From positions 1-44,048 of the forward strand of contig JAHJAA010000031.1 of NCBI GenBank assembly GCA_018814305.1: DNA of 44,048 nt, in the 5' to 3' direction. The notes under the pieces were generated by a model. It was not told the origin of the DNA. It searched no databases and worked only from the letters and a program-made list of their open reading frames with translations. How positions within the stretch are numbered: the first letter of the stretch is position 1; every line of letters begins with the position of its first letter. Below are positions 37,206-44,048 of this stretch, piece by piece. The translations under genes and the position numbers were made by a program. This DNA comes from Pseudomonadota bacterium. Its GTDB lineage: Bacteria; Desulfobacterota; Desulfobulbia; Desulfobulbales; JAGXFP01.

Positions 37206-38111
37206 ATGAGGTACAGGACCCTTCGTCCTAGTCTTAATAATGATGAACGGGTAAGCACAGCCCTGCTGTTGGCTGCCGGCACTGGTAGCCGCCTTGCCCC
37301 GTTGACCGATGAAGTGCCAAAGTGTCTGGTGCCGGTCAATGAAATTACGATTCTCAAGCGACTGGTCGATTCCCTTCAGGAACACAATTTCAAGCGGCTG
37401 ATTATCGTTGTCGGCCATCAGGCGGACTGTATACGCAAGTTCCTTGGCCCTTTCGCCGGCGGGATGGAAATTGTTTATGTCACTAGCCCCTTATACAAAA
37501 CCACCAACAATATCTATTCTTTATGGCTGACTAGAAAATTAATCAATGAGCCGTTTCTGTTGATCGAGAGTGATCTCGTTTTCGACTCGGAAATGCTGAA
37601 AGATATGCTCACTCCCGACCGAATTGCCATCGCTGAATTGAGCCCCTGGATGGATGGAACCACGGTGACCATTAATAGACACCAGAAGATCGGGGCATTT
37701 TATGGCGGCGACCATCAACGAGATGATAAACATTTTAAGACGGTCAATATCTACAGCCTTTCCCGCAAAACCTGGCATTTGGTTCGGGAAAGATTGGAGC
37801 GCCAGATTTCCGCTAATATGATGAATGGTTATTACGAGACTGTTTTCGCGGATATGGCCAACGAGGGCTGTCTGTCTTTTTCGCCGGTTTTCTTTGATCC
37901 CAAACGTTGGTATGAGATTGACAATCATGCCGATTTACGGGCAGCTGAAAAGATGTGCGCTCGCCATTACCAGCCCCAGGTCATTGCGGCAGAACAAATG
38001 GTTAGCAGGCAAAAAAGCAAAGGTTCCCTTGTCTATAAGTGCTTGAAAGGTCTTGATCCATTCAGCAAGGTGGCGGCTCCAGCAATGGCTGCTTCGCCCT
38101 TATCAAGCTAA
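37206..38111 (+). CDS. Sugar-phosphate / phospho-alcohol nucleotidyltransferase (NTP_transferase family; LicC/IPCT-like cytidylyltransferase candidate)
   Basis: The N-terminal G-x-G-x-R motif is LLLAAGTGSRLAPLT. There is a GGAGG RBS 8 nt upstream of the ATG at 37206. The ORF-track start at 37056 adds an RBS-less, low-complexity extension and is rejected. Confidence 0.8.
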   Translation: MRYRTLRPSLNNDERVSTALLLAAGTGSRLAPLTDEVPKCLVPVNEITILKRLVDSLQEHNFKRLIIVVGHQADCIRKFLGPFAGGMEIVYVTSPLYKTTNNIYSLWLTRKLINEPFLLIESDLVFDSEMLKDMLTPDRIAIAELSPWMDGTTVTINRHQKIGAFYGGDHQRDDKHFKTVNIYSLSRKTWHLVRERLERQISANMMNGYYETVFADMANEGCLSFSPVFFDPKRWYEIDNHADLRAAEKMCARHYQPQVIAAEQMVSRQKSKGSLVYKCLKGLDPFSKVAAPAMAASPLSS

Positions 38112-38132
38112 TCTTTTTAAAGATACCGAGAG

Positions 38133-39239
38133 ATGACCAAAAAAGACCTCACAGCTCAAGAGAGCTACGAATATGTTTCCGGACAACATGGCGGCTATTG
38201 GCGCCATGATTTTATCGATCACAACTATCTCTACAACCTCTATTTTCCCCCGGAAGATTTCTTCCATCATCTTACCAGCCATATCCATCAACTGGTTTTA
38301 AGCTATCCCGTAGGTCAGCAGGAGCTGGCCTCCCTGGTTGGCGAGTTGATCGACCAGCCACCGGAGCGGATTGTGGTCGGCAATGGCGCCGCTGAACTGA
38401 TCAAAATTATCGCCGGCCTGGGCCGGAAATTGATTGTGCCGGTGCCGTCCTTTAATGAATATGCCAATGTGATGCCAGCCGGGCAGGTGGTTGAGTTTGC
38501 CCTTAAAGCACCATCTTTTGAGCTGGATGTGGATAAATTCGCCGCCGAGGCCATCCGCACAGAGGCCCGTCTGGCCGTGATAGTCAGCCCGAACAATCCT
38601 ACCTCCCTGCTGGTTCCGAAGGCGCAACTTATCCGTTTAGCCGATACATTGGCCAACCACGACTGTCTGCTCATCGTTGATGAATCTTTTATTGATTTTG
38701 CCGCCAATCGGGACCAGGAAACGCTGGAACCAGAGATCGATCAACACCCGAACCTGGCAATTTTCAAAAGCATGAGCAAGGCCTATAGTATCTGCGGGAT
38801 CCGAATCGGCTATATGCTCACCGCCAACACCGACTTTGCGGCCCGGATCCGCCAGGGGCTGCATATCTGGAACCTTAATGGTTTCGCGGAGGAATTTCTG
38901 CGACTTGCCCCCCGGTACCGGCAGGCGTTTACCGCCAGCTGCAATAGGGTCAAGGCGGACCGCGATCATTTTTATGAACAACTGCAAACGATCCCGGACC
39001 TGATCGTTTATAAGCCTGAGGCCAATTATATATTCTGTCGGCTGCCCGATCATGGTGCCTCCGGTCCAGAGATAACCGAACAACTCTTTGTGAAGCACAA
39101 CATCTATATTAAACATTGCCAGGGTAAGACCATGCCGGAATCTGACCGTTATCTCCGGATCGCCAGTCGCACCCAGCCCGAAAATATGAGCCTGGTTGGT
39201 GCCTTAACCGACCTTGTCGCTCAGGAGAGAATATCATGA
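38133..39239 (+). CDS. Class-II PLP-dependent aminotransferase-fold enzyme of the HisC / CobD (threonine-phosphate decarboxylase) family
   Basis: The PLP-lysine region is FKSMSKAYSICGIRIGYML, and the length and DES-containing segment (IVDESFIDF) are typical of the family. Its stop overlaps the next gene's start (ATGA). Confidence 0.85.
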   Translation: MTKKDLTAQESYEYVSGQHGGYWRHDFIDHNYLYNLYFPPEDFFHHLTSHIHQLVLSYPVGQQELASLVGELIDQPPERIVVGNGAAELIKIIAGLGRKLIVPVPSFNEYANVMPAGQVVEFALKAPSFELDVDKFAAEAIRTEARLAVIVSPNNPTSLLVPKAQLIRLADTLANHDCLLIVDESFIDFAANRDQETLEPEIDQHPNLAIFKSMSKAYSICGIRIGYMLTANTDFAARIRQGLHIWNLNGFAEEFLRLAPRYRQAFTASCNRVKADRDHFYEQLQTIPDLIVYKPEANYIFCRLPDHGASGPEITEQLFVKHNIYIKHCQGKTMPESDRYLRIASRTQPENMSLVGALTDLVAQERIS

Positions 39240-39892
39240 CCGCCAACCAGACAACAGAGTCCCCTTCAATCCTCTCTTTTGCCAAAGACCTGCCGAACAT
39301 CTGTTCTCTGGCCGGACTGCTCTGCGCGGTCCTCGCTATTTATTTTGCGCTCCTTGGCAACTTCCCCGCCACAATGATCAGCCTGATCTGGGCATTATTC
39401 TTTGACTGGAGTGATGGCATCATCGCCCGGAGCATCAAAGGACGGAGCGAAAAACAACGGGCCTTCGGGGGCCAGCTTGATTCCCTGATCGATATTATCA
39501 GTTACGGCATTTGTCCGGCCCTGGTCCTGTTAAGCTGGGGAAATTTCAGCCCCTGGTTCCTGCCCGGCGCTTTTCTGATCCTGGCGGCCGGAGTCTTCCG
39601 ACTCAGTTATTATAATGTCTTCGGACTGGTTGGCGGGTCGACCTACCGGGGCTTGGCGCTCGACAACAATTGCATCATTCTGACCTTTGTCTTCCTCTTT
39701 AGCGCCTTGATCGACAAAACTGTTTTCACTTCCTTGCTCTACATCCTGCTTATGATCCTGGCTGCCCTGAACGTGGCGCCAATCCATACTCCCAAATTGA
39801 CCGGGCGCTGGTATTACATCCTCATCGCCTATACGATCACTTTGTCTGTGATATATGGCTGGCAGTTATTGCATTTTTCGCACTCAACTTAA
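39236..39892 (+). CDS. Small CDP-alcohol phosphatidyltransferase-family integral membrane protein
   Basis: The D-x2-D-G-x2-A-R...G-x3-D-x3-D signature is DWSDGIIARS...GGQLDSLID. There are 5-6 TM helices and the protein is 218 aa, similar in size to archaeal DIPP synthase-type enzymes. Confidence 0.8.
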   Translation: MTANQTTESPSILSFAKDLPNICSLAGLLCAVLAIYFALLGNFPATMISLIWALFFDWSDGIIARSIKGRSEKQRAFGGQLDSLIDIISYGICPALVLLSWGNFSPWFLPGAFLILAAGVFRLSYYNVFGLVGGSTYRGLALDNNCIILTFVFLFSALIDKTVFTSLLYILLMILAALNVAPIHTPKLTGRWYYILIAYTITLSVIYGWQLLHFSHST

Positions 39893-39928
39893 TTTTCCAG
39901 AAACCCTCTCGTTCAAAAGGAATTAAGC

Positions 39929-40774
39929 ATGAATCTTTTACATATCTCCGATCTGCATTTCGGCCCTCGCCACTGGGAGGGAGACGACCAGGTTTTGCTG
40001 AATAAGCTCAATTCTTTTAATGCCGATATTGTGATCAACACCGGCGACAGTACCACCGATGGTCTGGAGGATGAGTATGTTGCCGCAGGGCTTTTCCTGG
40101 CGGGCCTCAAGTGCGACAATGTCATCTCCATCATTGGTAATCACGACAAAAGAAACATGCGCTCCCATGAACTGTTCCGCAAGTATATTTATGACACCCC
40201 GGTCATCACCATCCCCGAGACGGTGTTAACCAACAAGAAACACCTCTTTTTGAACCGGGAAATAACCAAGGTCCGTGAAAATTTCACCGATGTAAACTTT
40301 CTCAAGTCCCTTTCCATCGACGGGAAATCCATCCTGATTATCAACATCGATTCCAATGAACTATACAATGATGAGGGGTTTGTGGAAAAAGAGGTCCTCA
40401 AGGTGGCCTCAGAGAAAATCGAACAACTGGAATATGACCTGCCGCTGCTCCTTACCCATTATTCCGTTTTGGGCACCGACGAGTGTCCGCTGAAAAATTC
40501 ATCGATCCTGATTGATTTTGTCCAAAAGCATAAAATCGAATATGTCTTTTGCGGCCATACCCACGAACTGGAACTGATGCGCACAAACGATCTCTATCAC
40601 AACCACTCCTTCTTCCATTTTATGTGTGGCTCATTGTCCTCCTGCAACCATGCCAACGATGACAACATGTTTCTCTATTATGAGAATCTGGGCAGTGCTG
40701 ACCTGCGCCTCTATCTGGTGCGGATTTTCCTGGAAGGGAGTGATATGCGTTTTGCAGAGGAACGGGTCATTTAA
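39929..40774 (+). CDS. Calcineurin-like metallophosphoesterase
   Basis: The metallophosphoesterase motifs are D-x-H (ISDLHFG), GD (NTGDS), GNHD (IIGNHDKRN), and GH-x-H (CGHTHE). Confidence 0.8.
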   Translation: MNLLHISDLHFGPRHWEGDDQVLLNKLNSFNADIVINTGDSTTDGLEDEYVAAGLFLAGLKCDNVISIIGNHDKRNMRSHELFRKYIYDTPVITIPETVLTNKKHLFLNREITKVRENFTDVNFLKSLSIDGKSILIINIDSNELYNDEGFVEKEVLKVASEKIEQLEYDLPLLLTHYSVLGTDECPLKNSSILIDFVQKHKIEYVFCGHTHELELMRTNDLYHNHSFFHFMCGSLSSCNHANDDNMFLYYENLGSADLRLYLVRIFLEGSDMRFAEERVI

Positions 40775-40998
40775 GCCAAAGTAGAATTCAAAGAAGTCTA
40801 CGCTGGCTGGAAAAACAAATGAACCCTCGTGAAGCGGCCCACCGGGCGCTGACTCTGCTTGAAGATTCGGTTGAGGTCGGACTCATCATTTTGACCAAAA
40901 ACGAATTTACCGCCCAGGCCAAAAACAGCATAGCGTGGTCTCATCTTACCGAGACGTAACAACAAAGTCAGTCCGATATCACATTCTTTTCATACCTC

Positions 40999-41029
40999 TG
41001 AGCCTTTTGCAAAAGGCTCATCTTTCATT
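40999..41029 (+). terminator. Intrinsic terminator (perfect 10-bp stem tgagcctttt/aaaaggctca + T-rich tail) ending the four-gene operon
   Basis: The element reads tgagccttttGCaaaaggctca followed by tctttcatt. Confidence 0.5.
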
Positions 41030-41059
41030 GAATTACGGGGCTTACCTCCCCCTCCAGTT

Positions 41060-42079
41060 TTATCCCATCGGGTAAAGAATCTCCTGATTGACACCATCAC
41101 ACTCTTTCTGCAACTCCTCCGAGAGGATGGTCTCCGCTGCGGCCAGGGAGTCGTCAAGTTGGCCGGGATGGGTTGCACCAATGATGGTGCTTGGCACAAA
41201 ATTAAAACTAAGCGTCCACGCAGCCGCCATGGTTGCCGGGGCCAGTCCATATCGTCTGGCGATGGCCGCATATTTCTGGGCCGCCGCCAATGATCGCTCG
41301 TTGGCAAATCGCCCGGCTTGCATCCTCATCCTGGAATCGGGATTGTTCTGGTAGTCCCCGTAACGAAAACCTTCCCAACTCACGCCGGGGGCATACTTGC
41401 CGCTCAAGACCCCTCCGGCCAGCGGTGAAAAAGGGAGCAGACTAACCTGCTCTTGCTTACAGACAATGGCAATCTCATCGAGAAAGCGCCGATTGAGCAT
41501 CGAAAAGTTGTTCTGGATGCTTTCAAATCGCTTGAACCCCTGGTAGCGACTGGTCTCCAAGGCCTTGGTCAAACCGTAGGCATTCTCGTTCGAGGTTCCG
41601 AGATAGCGCACTTTACCGCTACGGACCAGCTGGTCGAGGGCTTCAAGACTTTCTTCAATCGGCACCACGGTATCCGGCCAATGGACCTGGTAAAGATCGA
41701 TGTACTCGGTCTTGAGTCTCCGCAAACTTCCTTCGATGGCGGTGGTTATATGAAAGGCATCGATGGCCGTCAGGCCGTGCCGGACCGGCGGTACGAACCA
41801 GCCATTGGCCGCGCCCGCAACTTTCGTGGCCAGAATGATCGAATCCCTGGGCTTGTCGGCCAGCCATTCTCCAAAGATCCCCTCCGTGACCCCATAGGTT
41901 TCTGCCGTTGGCGGGACGGGGTAGACCTCAGCCATATCAAAAAAATTCACCCCGTTGGCGTAAGCCTTATCAAGGATCTCAAATGATGTTTTTTTATCGC
42001 ATTTTTTCCCGAAGGTCATCGTCCCCATGCAGATATTGGACACCCTGAGGCCGCTTTTCCCGATATAGTTGTATTTCAT
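41060..42079 (-). CDS. Aldo/keto reductase family NADP-dependent oxidoreductase
   Basis: The N-terminus MKYNYIGKSGLRVSNICMGTMTFG is the classic AKR start. The 339-aa length fits. Confidence 0.85.
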   Translation of the reverse strand: MKYNYIGKSGLRVSNICMGTMTFGKKCDKKTSFEILDKAYANGVNFFDMAEVYPVPPTAETYGVTEGIFGEWLADKPRDSIILATKVAGAANGWFVPPVRHGLTAIDAFHITTAIEGSLRRLKTEYIDLYQVHWPDTVVPIEESLEALDQLVRSGKVRYLGTSNENAYGLTKALETSRYQGFKRFESIQNNFSMLNRRFLDEIAIVCKQEQVSLLPFSPLAGGVLSGKYAPGVSWEGFRYGDYQNNPDSRMRMQAGRFANERSLAAAQKYAAIARRYGLAPATMAAAWTLSFNFVPSTIIGATHPGQLDDSLAAAETILSEELQKECDGVNQEILYPMG

Positions 42080-42122
42080 CTTTTTCTCCTTTTAATTGCC
42101 GCTTGCTCGAATTCAAGCGTAT

Positions 42123-43322
42123 TCAAGCTGTTCTGGTGGGATTTTTACTATACGTCACGCTGGGAACGCCATCAACATAGATGCCTTCCAGATAAGCGAG
42201 TTTTCTGGGCAGCTGTTGCGCCGAACCCCTGGTGATCAGGAAGGTTGCCGGTCGCCCGACGGTGAGTGCTCCCAGTTTCTCCATGCTGAAGAATCCGGCA
42301 CCGGTTCCCGAGGCGCACCGGATAGTCTCCGCCATGGAATAACCGGCCTTGATGAACAACTTCATTTCCTCGACCATCGACTCACCATGGAGGATGCCGA
42401 CACTCCCGGCCCCGGTTCCCACCGCCGTCGGCACCCCCAATTTTCGGGCCATCCGAAGCTGGGTCAACTGTTCGGCAAGCATCTTGGTCCAAAAGGCTGC
42501 AGCTCCCGGGTTGGGCTTACCGGGTGCCACATAGCGCTGGGAGAAACGGCAACAAACCTCCCCGCCGGAGCTCGCCCCATCCAAACCATTCTTGGCCCGA
42601 AGGACATTGGGAATCCACAACACCTGCTTCTCCGCCATTTTCCTGAGATTATCCTCACCCATCTCGAATCCCTGTTCGATGGCGTCGCACCCCACGTCAA
42701 GCGCCTCCTCAACCTGTTGGCGACCATTGGCCAACACCACCACCTTTCTACCACCCCTCTGCTGAAGTATACGAGACAGGTCTTTCTGGTCAAGCCGGAA
42801 AGCCCGGGCTTTATCATTTTCGACAGTGCCGGAATAATCGATCTTCAGAAAATCACCGCCGGCCGTGGTGCCGACAGCACAGTCCTCCCGGCTCCGACAG
42901 AGCCGGCCGGATGTTCGAAGGTCGATGCTCCCCCCCGGAGCCATCCCTTTCTGAGCCTGTTCCAACAAGTCGCTTGGATCATCGTTTGTGGCCACACCCA
43001 GTACTCCGTGGGCATGGCAATAACTGATATGCTGCTCCATCAGGACGATCTTTTGCGTGAAATCGGCCTCATCAGCGGCTACCCGAACGTGCAGGTCCAC
43101 GGAGGGGGAACGGGACAGGGAAACGCTGCAATCAACCAGAGCCGGGAGAATGGTACAGTGCGAGAAGTCATCAATTGCAGTCTCTTCATTGCCGGGAAGA
43201 TCGGCTGCGGAACCAATGCCGGTGATAATCCCGCCCTGCACAGCCAGAAAGACATTCCTGCGCACCTCAGCCCCACTGCCGTCAATAAAACTTCCCGCCA
43301 CAATCAATCGTTTTCTGCCCAT
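42123..43322 (-). CDS. Metal-dependent amidohydrolase superfamily protein
   Basis: The N-terminus (LIVAGSFIDGSGAEVRRNVFLAVQGGIITGIG) is typical of amidohydrolase/imidazolonepropionase-like enzymes. Downstream His/Asp-containing segments are consistent with the superfamily. The exact substrate is unknown. Confidence 0.7.
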   Translation of the reverse strand: MGRKRLIVAGSFIDGSGAEVRRNVFLAVQGGIITGIGSAADLPGNEETAIDDFSHCTILPALVDCSVSLSRSPSVDLHVRVAADEADFTQKIVLMEQHISYCHAHGVLGVATNDDPSDLLEQAQKGMAPGGSIDLRTSGRLCRSREDCAVGTTAGGDFLKIDYSGTVENDKARAFRLDQKDLSRILQQRGGRKVVVLANGRQQVEEALDVGCDAIEQGFEMGEDNLRKMAEKQVLWIPNVLRAKNGLDGASSGGEVCCRFSQRYVAPGKPNPGAAAFWTKMLAEQLTQLRMARKLGVPTAVGTGAGSVGILHGESMVEEMKLFIKAGYSMAETIRCASGTGAGFFSMEKLGALTVGRPATFLITRGSAQQLPRKLAYLEGIYVDGVPSVTYSKNPTRTA

Positions 43323-44048
43323 ATCATTTGTTTCCTGGTGGATGCCATCGGGCTTTTCTGTACAGAGCTCCCGCCACTTCCCTGGCCCAAAGCGTCGCCA
43401 GAGGATAGACCGGGCAGCTATTGTGCAGCACCTGGTTGTTCCAGTAGATGGCGACGAGATTGATAAAGCTCATGGGGTACCTCAGAAAAACCGAAATCAA
43501 TGACCCAAGGACCTCGATCCTGGTCCCTGGGGCCTTCGGTTGCCGGTTTGCCCTCGTGCCCTACCCCTCAAATACGGAGACAAGCAGCCCGCTATGAGCC
43601 TGCCGGAAGCCCTGGTTGATCAAAATCATACCAGAGAAAATAAAACGGCGTTGCGGATATTGCCACCTTTCCAGTTAATTTTTTCGCCTGCTTGATGAAA
43701 AGGGGTGCTGCTGAAAGTGAGGAAGGATGTAGCTGTCCGGTTCAAAAGATAGAATGACCGGCAATTAAATATGCTGTCCCGAAGGGCCCTGTTATTGCTC
43801 ATAAATGGATAAGCCAACAGTGCTTCTTTTCAGGGGACTTTCTAAGAAAGATACGGGCATGACAAGATAGAAAAATCTGTTAGATGGGGAACATACTGAA
43901 TACCTATAAAGGATCAACCGCTAAATTACGAGCCGGAAAGACATATTGCCAACCCCACTCTTTTGAGGCGTTTTTGTATTTTTTACCAAGGGCATTGGGA
44001 AGAAAAACAGCTCCATACCCCTCAGCCAGATCACGTTCATGGAAAGTA

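Noticed and set aside
42096-43463. 455-aa ORF on + strand
   Set aside because: It is entirely antisense to the amidohydrolase gene. Its composition is low-complexity and Pro/Gly/Arg-rich. It is a typical shadow ORF in GC-rich coding DNA.

Overview
This is a 44-kb bacterial chromosomal window. Gene content (clpS-clpA, NtrC-type σ54 regulators, flotillin/NfeD, several PAS/GAF sensor kinases) suggests an anaerobic delta-proteobacterium (Desulfobacterota), but that is inference only. Housekeeping genes (holA-like, clpS, clpA, panE, metK, ahcY, an oxidative-folding DsbB/DsbA/TlpA cluster) are interleaved with accessory DNA: (i) a chimeric secreted lipoprotein that fuses a papain-like C1 protease to MopE-like metal-binding repeats and a C-terminal FISUMP domain; (ii) a compact defence islet at ~3.4-10.5 kb made of an Mrr-like type IV endonuclease co-operonic with a Type III mod-res pair, followed by a HigB toxin and an HTH-XRE/ImmA-IrrE metallopeptidase fusion; the islet is bounded by an AT-rich junction and terminators; (iii) a σ54-dependent regulon: a hybrid PAS/GAF histidine kinase plus NtrC-type activator sit next to a clean -24/-12 promoter and three CGACA-N-TGTCG upstream sites that appear to drive a CheY-like/CheW-remnant/MCP operon; (iv) a second membrane sensor kinase with a single periplasmic CXXCH (c-type haem) motif; (v) the most interesting locus: a tightly overlapping four-gene operon (sugar-phosphate nucleotidyltransferase; CobD/HisC-family PLP enzyme; small CDP-alcohol phosphatidyltransferase; metallophosphoesterase) behind a ~520-nt leader carrying two 42-nt direct repeats. 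This looks like an uncharacterised Kennedy-like pathway for a CDP-activated amino-alcohol phosphate head group or solute. No rRNA, tRNA, CRISPR or intact transposase was found. Long antisense ORFs in GC-rich genes were treated as shadow ORFs.
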